Source: Azolla caroliniana (lineage: Eukaryota > Plantae > Polypodiophyta). Taken from it: a stretch of DNA of 21,859 nucleotides. Both the position numbers and the translations under genes were made by a program. Location of the stretch: positions 1 through 21,859 of the forward strand of contig JBHGNT010000519.1 of NCBI GenBank assembly GCA_043228905.1, given 5' to 3'. The notes below the pieces were generated by a model. That model saw only the letters and a list, made by a program, of their open reading frames with translations, made no database searches and had not been told where the DNA came from. Shown here piece by piece: positions 9,947-21,200 of this stretch (the first letter of the stretch is position 1; each line of letters begins with the position of its first letter).

Positions 9947-10105
9947 AGCTACAAGCTTTGGCATACCAACCCCCCCCCTTCCCTCTCTCATTTATTCATT
10001 CAATTGTCCTTGGGCCCCGTCGTCGTCGGAGTCCTTCACGATGTCCCGAAAGCCGCCCAGCCAACCCGGAACGTCCCAATTGTGCTCACTCTTCAGATCA
10101 TGGAG

Positions 10106-10287
10106 TAGGTTGGGACACTCCCAAGGGTAGATTCGAACACTCCCAATGTGAGGTTCAAAGACACCCCCCCCCTGCAAGCTAGGTTTGGACACTCCCAAGG
10201 TTAGCTTTGAACATCCCTAGGATCCTAGGTTCGGACTCTCCCAAGTTTTAGGTTCGGACAGTCCCGGGGGTAGGTTCAGACACTACC
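10106..10287. repeat. Tandem array of 8 units of about 22 bp (consensus TAGGTTCGGACACTCCCAAG)
   Basis: Units start at about 10106, 10128, 10150, 10180, 10202, 10226, 10249 and 10271. Confidence 0.85.
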
Positions 10288-12243
10288 TTTTGACCTTCAC
10301 CTCCCACCTCATCCTTACCTCCACCATGCTTGCTTCTCAACCACACATTCGGACCGCTTCCCAAAAAGCCACCTCCCGATCGCTAACGTCTCTCGTATGC
10401 CTACGGGCACAATGGGGTGCCCAACCGAACGATAATGGAAAAACTCGGGTTCACGTGTATTCGTAAACATTGTCACATCATCTCGCACAATAAGATTTAT
10501 CACGATATGACCTACTTTTGTTGTCCATTTTCATGGGTGATGGAAAGTGCACTTTTAGAGCATTGTTTTTTGAATGCGCACCAACAAACTTTGATGTAAG
10601 CTCTATCTGAAATTGCCAATTTGCACTCCCCTGTTCAAGATTTGAGAGTAATTAATGAAAGTGATGTGGCGGGTGAAATGTCGAGGGCGACCGCACATTC
10701 GTGTCACAAAAACACCTTCCTCATCTAGTGTCTTTAAAGCACGTGAAAGAGTTGGCACATGATTTATTCTAGGCTCTAATTTTGTGGGTCGCGAGTTAAT
10801 AGTCAAGGAAATTGATTTGTGCGTTGGGGAAATCATATCCTAATATGTTTGAACCACTTTTCTTGAGAGCTTCGGTTCATCATACTACATATATTTGTGC
10901 ATGAGCTCAACAACCTTACCTTATATTCCTTTTATCTTTGTAGGTTTGTGTAGGCACACTAATACATATACATGAATGAAAACACATGTTCGACCTGTTT
11001 CGAGATGAATCGAGGGAGCAAAACTCCCATTGTTGCTGGAAAATCTACAAGTTTGCATTTTCTACAAGAAATTGCCAACATAAAACTTGAGTATTAGAAG
11101 GGAAGATTTAGATATATACTAAGAGCGAGACTATCATTTAGATAAGAATGATGAAGTTTTAGGTTCATTTACCTACATGGGATATGCTCCGGGTTGAGCT
11201 ACAAGTTTAAAATCCTAACAAATTATGATTTTGTCATTGTATCGTCTATCGTTTGCATTGATACATAATTTATGAAATATCAATGTCTCTCATCTACCCC
11301 TTTTTTAAAGTTTATTGGTTGACCCTCGAAGTCATTCATTTACGATAGGTTTACAATTTCTTCTTGTGAATCAAATACTTCCATGATATACCATGCCAAC
11401 ATTTTGCTTGGCAAAAAGAACTCCAAACAAATTAATGTGCGATGCACATTTCGTCACTTGTCTTATTTGCAAATCAAGAAAAAGGTATGAATGCTCGATA
11501 TCATACTGCAACAATATTGAATGACAAAGACTCATCTTTGGATTCCAACGATCAAAGAACAGTGCCAATATACCATCCGACCTAGGTACTCTTGTTAAGA
11601 AAGCTAGCTTCATTACATTGGATATATGTTGCTTAAACAAGGCATGCTAGAACTTAGCTCTCGTATTAGCATATTGTTGCATATATTCCCAATTTGTGTG
11701 AATATATTGCCTACAATGGATTTTTGAATCCATAGAGTGGCTTCCTTTAGCTATTCAATCGTGTTTTCTGTTTGATGATTCCAATGGTACCAAAGTAAAT
11801 TATCCTCAATAACAAAATGTTGCATGTTCGTAGCAGAAGGGTGAAAGCTTAGTCATACTATATGAGACACGATTACGAAGGTTTTACGTTATTTGCGAAA
11901 TAGTTGACCCGTTTGATAATGAACGTCCACATTTCTCTTTCCCACCTACAAATTAATATGTAGTACATGCACAAGATGCCTACTCAAGGATTTTTAGAAT
12001 GTTGCTACCATGTTGTTTGCCATCTACGTAATAAGTAGGGAACCAACAAGCTCTCGATGAAAAATTATACCAAATATTTTAATAGTAGTCACGACAATAT
12101 TGGTTCTACCAACCTTGAGTAAAGATGATTCAACTTCCTCTTGAGGAATAGAGGTGAAGAATATATCGTTTGCATGACAAAGCTGCAAAATTTGGTGTTT
12201 GGTAGGTGAGCCATAAATGTTTCATAGCTTATATGTGTGGTAG

Positions 12244-12244
<1 letters not shown>

Positions 12245-12280
<36 letters not shown>
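12245..12280. repeat. (TG)18 microsatellite
   Basis: Perfect dinucleotide run. Confidence 0.97.
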
Positions 12281-12283
<3 letters not shown>

Positions 12284-13526
12284 AAAAGATGGATAGCATA
12301 GAGTCTTACAATAAAATCAATATCATAGAATGTATACACATTTTGGTAACTATTTGTAGGGAAAATAATAGAGCCCCAAAACACAAATAAAAGTAGGAAG
12401 GGAGGGATTCAACAAGAGCTGTGCAAAGAGTGGAAGATAAGATGATGTTGCAACAATTACCTAACATAGATCAAACAATGGAGAGAGCAAGAAATAATTT
12501 GTATACTAACAACATTGACGCACATTTACAATAGTAAAGATTCATATAATGAGAGAATAAATAGGTTTTGATAACAAGGCTTGATATTGTGAGAGAATAA
12601 AAATGTTTGTATGTGTATTTGCTCTCAAGTTAGCACATACAAATACAACTTAAAGAGTTAGTTGCACAACTAATCTAGGACACTTTCTAAGCTTGATTTA
12701 TATACAATAGGTTGGTATACCTAAATGCTAACCCATCTACCATACTCATTGGCGCCCTTTTTGGTTTAGGAGTTGTTGGCGATTGTTCACATGTTGCATT
12801 AACCCACATTTAAGCATGGTGCCCACAACAACCAGGTAATATACAAACCATAATCCACTTCATCTTACCTCAAGTAATTGTTCTTCCTTTGGATGCTTTG
12901 TCATTGTTTGTGTTAGCTCATTTTGTTCCATACAAGCTATACTAGAAGGAAATGCCAATTGAGTTGATCTATCTATATCTTTACTTTGAGACTTTTGAGT
13001 CTTGTGTTTCAATTGTGATATTTTCTCTTTATTGTTTCATTTATTAGCGTTGTAGGAATTGAAGTTGGAGTAGATGATTAGTGGTCGTGTTAGCCATACC
13101 CAACAAGTGTTGTAAGAGTTGCAAACTCATCTACAATTGACTAAGGATGATGTTTTTAGGAAGATCTAGTTATGTTTTCAAGAAGCCAAATCGTGCACAT
13201 ACAAGATTGCAATTGAATAATCAAGCGTTGAGGGAAGACAAGGGCTCGATTGATGTTCTTAGTTTTTCCAATAACAAGTTTGAACTTTGGACTAAACTAT
13301 TGTGATAATTACTAAAAGGAGAGGAAGAAAAGACGGGGACCCTCCAAGAAATATATCAAGAAGAGAGACGCCAAAAAAAATACAATAGGTCCTCGTTAAT
13401 AAGACATGGGTGTTTTTTTTCTCAATTAGTTACCTTAGCCTAGGTCCTCCTCCTTGTAGGATTCACCAATTTAGACAAGTAGCACAATAACCACTGAAAA
13501 AATCCTAACTTAAAGCGAAGTCACTT

Positions 13527-13934
13527 TAGGAACCGCGAAACCATGGCTTAACAGTTTAAACAATTCAGTTCAGGTTCGGGTTTTTTTTAAACGGTTTGGT
13601 TCGGTTTCAACAATAAAAACCCGCGGTTGAAGCGGTTTAACGGTTCTTTATTTATTAAAAAATAATAATTTTAACTTTTTAAAATTTTAAAAAAAATTTT
13701 AAAATGTTTTTAAATAATCTTTTCATTTTCATGCCTTATTCTCACATTTTGGGAAAAAATTTAAAATTTAAGATTTAAAATTTGACCTAAGCTAAAAACC
13801 GAAACCAAACCACGAAACCACAATTTTACTAGTTTAATGGCTTAACGGTTTGAAATTTTTTAATGGTTCGGTTTAACAAATTCGTGGTTCGGTTCGAGTT
13901 TCAACATCTCTAAACGGTTCGGTTTGGACCCTCT
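13527..13934. mobile_element. hAT-type MITE remnant with CGGTT/AACCG subterminal repeats
   Basis: Dense GGTTCGGTT/AAACCG motifs at both ends around an AT-rich core (13650-13790); right end ..GGTTTGGACCCTCT; left TIR and TSD not recognisable. Confidence 0.65.
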
Positions 13935-14853
13935 CAAACCGAATTGATGCCGATTGTAGTGGAGAGGTCAAGGGGAGAAACAAAAATAAAGAGAGGATCC
14001 CCAAAGAGAAATATCAAGAAGAGAGAAGCTGAAAAAATTAACCTATGCCATATGAGCTCTCGCAAAAATTTGGTTTCTTTTTTATAGTAAAAGTTAACAT
14101 TTCTTTTTGGAAGATTGGAGCCTACAATCTCTATTTTGAAAACCATCTCTTTAACCAATTGAAACAAATTTTGTTCATGTTTTTTAACCTTTTCTTATCA
14201 TCAACATATGTTCGCTTTCTTATCCTTCTTTATCTACTACATAAATCCCTATGTTTTTATCATTTTTCCTTACTGATTCGATTGCATCATGACATTGCTA
14301 GCAGGTGCGTTTGTAAATGATGACATTTAGAATTTAAAACATCGATCTCATTGATAAAGAGGGTTAACATTGAGGAGTGCTCATCTAGAATAAGAAGGCT
14401 AGTGGTAGGGTTTGTGACGATCATGTTGGTAGAGTGCCTTTTGCAAGAGTGGGGTTGGTCAATAGGTTGGCTTTTATAAGTTGGTTCAACTAGGTTTTTC
14501 TGTGGTTTTTGTGTGCACGACATGGAGCACATCTATGAATTAATAAAGTTTTCCCTCTCGTCAATATCGTTGGGCCAAGGATCCAAATCGACATTTACCC
14601 TATTGGTAGCAAATCTAACGTAGGTTGTAACTCTTACGCTTGCGCTCCCTCGCGTTAACTCTCTTTCCTAATAGAAGTAAACGAATAGACAATGCACACA
14701 AAAAAAGATAAACAAATAAATAATACACCACTTCCTCTTATCAAAGAGAGTTTGACACACATATAAGAGTAAGATGGATTTAGGTTTCGCCACTTAGCTC
14801 TTAACCTTAATCACTTTTAAGCTCCAATGAAATATTAAGGGGAGAGAGTGAGA

Positions 14854-15518
14854 TGTTATGCCCCTAGATTATGGGGATCTAAGAAATACAAGAAAACATG
14901 GTTGGGACACCAATTAGGACACAAATCGTAGTTATATTTCATTATGAAAACAAAAGCTACAACCTTTCCAAATTGTGGCAAAACATGATCCACGACCTGG
15001 AGTTGGGACAAGTCGGGACTGAGTCAGGATGAGTTGGGACAACTCCCCAAAACCACCAAAAGGGGAGAGAGCACAATGATTACACGCTCCTTAGAGCTAA
15101 GATGATGAGAATGAGAATGAGTCAGTGTGAGAGAATGGATCTCAGAAAATGGTAATGTGGTAGTGATTACAAAGGAGGAGTAATCCTCTTTATATAAGCC
15201 AAATATGGTCGTTGGGACTAGTCGTTGGGGGTGGTTGGGTGGCTATTGGGACTAACCCTTGGGAGTGTTGGACATCTCAGATCCTACAATATATGATGAT
15301 CTTCTACAAAGATAGTACACACTGTGTACGTGATGAAACAAGATAGATAGATATCAATGGAAGCTTGAACAGAAACATAAAGAGAGAGAGGGGGAGAGGT
15401 AGCGAAGAGTCACACAATAACAACTGTATATTCAAAATGGTAACAAATAACAACCACTTACAAAATGGTTACAAAGTTGGTTATATCCTAACCAAACTAG
15501 GGCAACTGCCCTTTAACA
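14854..15518. mobile_element. Possible degraded LTR-like fragment
   Basis: TGTTA...TAACA ends, internal TTTATATAAG box and repeated GTTGGGAC motifs; no TSD, PBS or PPT found. Confidence 0.25.
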
Positions 15519-16759
15519 CATTCCCGTTCACAAGTGGAAGGATTGCGCATTCCACCTTTAGATTCCTTAGAACTACAATTATGCAATTTTAGGCTATATA
15601 CAAGAACTTGATACACCAGTATCACATGTTCTTCAAGCCAGATAAAATCTTCGATATTTAATAACATTCAAAAAGTTACAGAAAATCGAACTTTATGTGG
15701 AATGATTATTTATAAGATTGATGTTTCTTGCAACGAAATGTATTTAAATCTAGCAACATCACAAATGAGTTATTAATTTAAGAAGTCGGTAGAAATCTAT
15801 TAAATATGTAGTTTCTAGAACATTTTTAAAGTTGATGAATTTAAGAGACCAAATGCAATTAATACAATAACGTGGCAAATGTTTGGGTTTTGAGACATGT
15901 TAAAATTTCTTCGATTGATTATTAAATTACGAAACTTTTTTGAAAAAGGATTGATGTCAATGATGTCTAGATATAAAATGTAGTCAAATCCCAACATATC
16001 AACATGGTATAAGCATTTGATATCCAGGTTTAAGAATCGTGATGAGTTTTAGGTGCAAGCATATGAATTGATTTTTGTTATATTCGATTTTCTATTGTAG
16101 GATGTAATCCATGGTGATTACATGCACGAGTTTAGAGTCCCTAGATTGAAGTTGTGGTCAATTCCGCAAGTTCACATTTACATGTTCTTTAGTGTGTGTG
16201 TGATAAACCTTTGGGTAAAATTCATTTGGACAAACTTTCTAGTGTAAGAGAGGATTCCCCACACACTTGTGGGACCAGTGTATAACAATCTTCGGTAATC
16301 AAATTCTCTAAAATGTAGTAATATATTTTTCATATCAGTGAAAAGAATCATCCTTAGACTTAAAGTAATGTATATCCTAAAGTAAATGTAATTTACATCC
16401 TAAATTAACTTTCACGTGCTAATAACATTTAAATGAGTTAACAACAACCTAATTGTCTCAAATAATGAAAAGTTTGGAACTTAGATTTAAGTGAGTGTAC
16501 TTGTACTAATAACATATTCGCTCACTAAAACATTGAAATGCATAAGGTAGACAATTTAATCAAATTGTATTCATCCTTCTAAAATAAAACTTTAGAGTGA
16601 GAATGAAACCTACAATTAAAATGTAAAAGATAGGAACAATTAAAAGGAAGAAACTTATAAACGAGAATGAAACATATAATTATAACAAGAATGAATTTAC
16701 AAGAATGTTTTATATGGTTTACAAAAATGTAGGGGTATTACAAAATCCTACATGGCAAT

Positions 16760-17151
16760 TGTCATGGACACACCAAGCGGGGACTAGGACGGAGCACGAA
16801 TGACAAGGCTATAAGGAACTCAAGAAGCTAGGAATGACATAAGAGAATGAAGGTAGAGATGAAGAAGGAGACAAAATGGAATGAAACGAGAATACTAGAT
16901 TGATGTGTCAATGACTGGTGTTAGGTATACTCGAGAAATATCTCGAGAATATACCCGTTTAGAATATACCACAGAATAATTCTAGAATATACTAACGACT
17001 AGAATATTCTCGAATGTACTATACACTAGACTCTACAATATAAACAAGCTCACAATTAAATGTGGACAGTTCACAAGGGTTTCCATATGCTTAACACAAC
17101 ACAATGTACTGTGTGTGTTAAAAGTCGGAGGTTCAAGTTTAGAATGTGACA
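16760..17151 (-). mobile_element. 3' LTR (392 bp) of a minus-strand Ty3/gypsy chromovirus
   Basis: TGTCA...TGACA inverted termini; preceded on the minus strand by a polypurine tract and a chromodomain remnant; internal AGAATAT repeats. Confidence 0.8.
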
Positions 17152-17300
17152 TTATCCCCCCCTCTTACGCCGCCTTCCTAAACCCGTCCTTGGCTTAAGG
17201 GGATACTATTGATGAAAATTTTAGACCACCTCCAAAGTATTTTGTAAATCCTAGACAAGGAGTAACCCTTCCAGAAGACGAGGTATTGAACACCAATGTG
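17152..17300 (-). pseudogene. Decayed integrase C-terminal chromodomain (chromovirus pol end)
   Basis: GVQYLVFWKGY, then after a frameshift/deletion DLQNTLEVV*NFHQ*YPLKPRTGLGRRRKRGG*, with the final stop abutting the LTR. Confidence 0.75.
17155..17166 (-). other. Polypurine tract of the chromovirus
   Basis: Minus strand reads AAGAGGGGGGGA-TAA-TGTCACA. Confidence 0.8.
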
Positions 17301-17645
17301 CATGAGCGACCATGTGCGGTCCTCGTCGAGGACTGGAACACGAATACCAACGGGCATGAGTGACCATGTGCGGTCCTCATGGGGAGCACAAACACCAACG
17401 GGCATGAGCAACCATGTGTGGTTCTCGTCGGGAATTGGAACACGAATACCAACAGGCGTGAGCGACCATGTGTGGTCCTCACGGAGAATTGGACACGAAC
17501 GGGCGTGAGCGACCATGCGGCCCTCACCAAGAACTGGAACACGAAAGGCTATGAGCGACCATGTGGCCCTAACTGAGAACTGAACACAAACGGACGTGAC
17601 TGACCATGTGGCCCTCACTTAGAACTGGAACAACAACGGACGAAG
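17300..17645. repeat. Tandem array of 7 units of 45-54 bp within the chromovirus internal region
   Basis: GACCATG(T/C)G core at 17308, 17362, 17410 (AACC variant), 17464, 17511, 17557 and 17602; unit approximately GAGCGACCATGTGCGGTCCTC..GAACTGGAACACGAA..ACGGGCAT. Confidence 0.9.
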
Positions 17646-17650
17646 GAGTG

Positions 17651-18120
17651 TGTTGAGCGAGTAAGCTCAACTGGATCCGGATTGGCTAAAATATGCCAGA
17701 GCCGGATCGGTATCCGGAAGGATGATCCAGATCGGTATCCGGAAACAATCAGCCAGATAGAGGAGATAGATCGGAGAGCCGGATTCGAGTGCGAACCGGA
17801 AGCCTAGTAGTAGCCTAGACTACTAGGTAATCATTGTCTCGTAGTTAGTGTGAGTCGCTCGTATGAGCATTGAAGTACATAGTATTTCTGTCAATCCTTT
17901 TATGGACTTGTATAAATAGTGCTGTCATAGCACATTGTGTATACATAGAGTTTTGAGTGTTAGTTTGAATGGAGTTTATGTTTTGCTCTCTCTTTGTGTC
18001 TCAATCTCTCCCACACGTATTCTCTGTATATTAAGCTTCTCCATTAAACCTTCATCTTATTCTTTGTTGCTATCCGGCTGAGCCGCTTCTATCTAACGCT
18101 TCCGCACGTTAACATCTACA
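17651..18120 (+). repeat. 5' LTR of the copia element (about 470 bp)
   Basis: Starts TGTTG where the tandem array stops abruptly and ends ..CTACA directly before the PBS; TATAAATA box at about 17911; T-rich R/U5-like segment; duplicated GATCGGTATCCGGAA. The 5' boundary is inferred without the second LTR. Confidence 0.75.
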
Positions 18121-18132
18121 TGGTAATAGAGC
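18121..18132 (+). other. Primer binding site (tRNA-iMet type)
   Basis: TGGTAATAGAGC matches canonical TGGTATCAGAGC at 10/12 positions and lies immediately after the LTR-terminal CA. Confidence 0.8.
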
Positions 18133-18214
18133 GCGAGGGTTGAGAACCTCTACAACCGACACTTGCTTTTGTAGACGAACCCTAGAACCTGGTAACAACA
18201 GATACAGAGAAGAT

Positions 18215-21200
18215 ATGGTTAGAGGAATGACGAGTTCACTTCCAACAGAGAAGCTCAACTGGAGCAACTACGCGTCCTGGTCATACAAGATGCACCAGTA
18301 CCTACTAGGGCATGGTTATTGGAGCTTCGTGGAAAGAACGATCGAGGTAGCACCGGAGCCGACGCACGAGGACTTCCCGGTATGGAAGCAAGGAGCGATT
18401 CGAGTATTGTACTACCTCGCGTCCTGTGTGCACGATAAGATGTTCGGCTACATAAAGGATGCAAAGACACCAAAGGAGGCCTGGGAAAATCTACAAAAGA
18501 TTTACGCTGCGAGTACCACAGCCCGTAAGTTGCAGCTCCGGCAAGAGCTGAACAACATCCGACAAAGAGACATGGTGGTTACGGATTACACCACCAAGAT
18601 AAAGGAGATTTGTGACACACTCGGGTCCATCAACGTGACAGTGGACGAAGACGACATGGTACAAATATGCCTCGGTGGTCTAGCGCAAAGGTATGGGCCA
18701 ATCCGGACGGCAATCTACACTCGTGAGAAGTCATTGTCTTTCTTCGACTTGCAGTCGATGATGATGGTCAAAGAAAACCACGCAAGTGGGTCGAGGACCA
18801 CTCAATCAGACGGCCGAATGTTGTACACAGAGACAGATCGGCCCCATGGACGTGGTGGACGAGTTGGGTTGGCACGCAATGGAGGCAGCCGACAAGAGCA
18901 GAACTGAAGGCACATAGATGGTGCCGACAACAGTTTTGGACCCTCCACAAGTAGGGGGAGTCAAAGCGGCGCTAGAAGCCGGGAAGGAAAAGTCGACACA
19001 AAATGTTGGTACTGTAGCAAAAAGGGCCACAGGGAAAGCGAGTGCTGGAAGAAGTGCGCCGATTCGGACAAATATGGATCCGACAAAACGGGTCGGGAAA
19101 ACCAGCAAAGCTCGCACTACGCAGAAGGATCAGAAGGATCCAGAACCGGGATGACCGGAAAAGGGCCAGCCTTTGTGATGAATCACAAGACGAACTCGAT
19201 GAAGAAGACCACTTCCGGATCGAAGGAATTATGGTACGTTGATTCTGGAGCGTCCAACCACATGACGAGCCATGAAGAGTGGTTCTCGTTTTGGAGAAAC
19301 TGGAAGATTTGGGAATCATCGAAATAGGAGATGACACCCCTCACCCAATTGTGCATGTCGGAGAAGTCCCTTTAAGCCATGTCGGACAAAAGGGAAAGCT
19401 GATGAACGTACTACACGTTCCGACTATCACAAAGAACCTGGTGTCGGTTGGACAAATTGTCGACCAGGGGATGCAGGTGCGGTTTACGCACCTCGGGTGC
19501 TTCATCGAGGAAGAAGGCCGGATAATCATGCAAGGGCGCACAGAAGGGAGGATGTTCATCCTCAACACTAATGACGCAGACATCGCCATGTTTGCCAAAG
19601 GACAGAAGATTGAATCGGACATAGATCTCTAGCACAAGCGGATCGATCACGTCAATTACTGGAGGCTTCAAGACTTGCAATCGAAACAAGTTGTGTTCGG
19701 ATTGCCGAAATTCAGTGGCCGGAAGGCCGAAATTTGTGAAGCTTGCCAACTCGGGAAGCAACACCGACTTCCATTCCCCACCGAACGAAACCGAAGCCGT
19801 AACAAGCTTGACCTAATCCATTTGGATGTATGGGCATTGGGGACCGACACAAAACGTTAGTCTTGGCGGGAGTCGATACTTCCTCTCCTTCATCGACGAC
19901 TACAACCGGCACACATGGATCTACCTCATTGAGAGGAAGAGAGAAGTCTTCGAATGTTTCCGAAACCTTCAAAGTTTAGTTGAACGGGAAACGGAGAGGA
20001 AGATGAATTGCCTGTGGTCAGAGAAGTGCATGTACCGGATGAGAAGTGGAGGAAGCTGGATCCGAAGTCGTAGAAGTGCATCCTAGTCAGTTACTCGCAT
20101 GAGGAAAAGGGGTATAAGTGCTATAACCCCCAGACTAGGCAGGTCCGAGTAAGCCGAGATGTCGAGTTTGAGTGAGACGACATCATGGTACTCCCTACCG
20201 ATTCCAACTCCCGACAAAGACCCAATTCTGGAAGATGAGGCTAGTGAGCCTGTGGAGGTCCAAGCAGAAGATGAAGAACTCGTCACTCTAGAAGAGAGTC
20301 TGATCTCATTCCGGCTAAGTGGATCGAATGAGCGGCTGAGTCGGGATGACTAGTCGGATGAGGAACCAACGAGTAGTGGAGACTCTACCGTGCTCTCCAC
20401 GTGCAAGGAACCGAGGAGACGGTTCATGCGCAAAGAGAAAGGGAAGAAGAAGATTCCGGAATACGAAACCGGCAACATTGTGTTGGATCGGAGCGAATCC
20501 GACTCCGGAAAGGAAGAAGGCGGATCTTCAGAAAGGAAGTCCGAATTGGCCAAGAAAGGCCTCAAACCGGGTAACGACAAGTTACGCTGGTCATCCTGCC
20601 AAAAGAACCCCGTTACGTGGTACGAGTACAATGAGTTGATGGCGCATCATTATGCGTACATGACCAAAGTGGTGGAAGTGCGTGAACCGGAGAGCTACGA
20701 AAAAACGGCATAAGACGCAAATAGGCGTGCCACTATGGAGGAAGAAATGCGGGCACTCGACGCTGATGGAGTGAAGATAGAAAGAAAAGATAAAGAAGAT
20801 ATATATTTATCAAAAACTACAAAGATCTATTGATCATGAAAGAAGGAAGATAGAAAGAAGATACAACTACAAGTATCTATTGATAAGAACAACACTACAT
20901 GAATTGTAAAGAAATCACCACAAGAAAGAGAATCCCCCTTCACTACCTTACTCTTCTTCCTTTATATAAAATTCTCTTCCACTAGATAAGTTTCCCTTGC
21001 TTTCTTTTTTATGCTTTTTTTAGAGTTTTTCATCTCCTATTCTTAGCTATGACACAACGATCTTCTAATCATCATATCTCCCTCATCCAAGCTCCCAATT
21101 TTGAGCTTTAAAAACCTATAGACAGCTCTCCTTATAAGCTTTCCAACCCATATTTGAACATGATATTTGGCTTCCAAACGAATGAGTTATGAGCGTTCGT

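Noticed and set aside
10300-12200. Short ORFs and a possible decayed coding region
   Set aside because: No recognisable domain in the frames I examined; needs a translated homology search.
12440-13150. Possible solo LTR and a degenerate zinc-knuckle-like stretch on the minus strand near 12790-12820
   Set aside because: No TSD, PBS or PPT; the motif requires a frameshift and lacks the last Cys.
16728-16752. TGTAGG...CCTACA hairpin as a Helitron 3' end
   Set aside because: Only a 6-bp stem and no CTRR terminus at the expected distance.
17300-17645. CRISPR-like appearance of this array and the one at 10106-10287
   Set aside because: The intervening sequences are homologous to each other rather than unique spacers; eukaryotic context; no cas genes.
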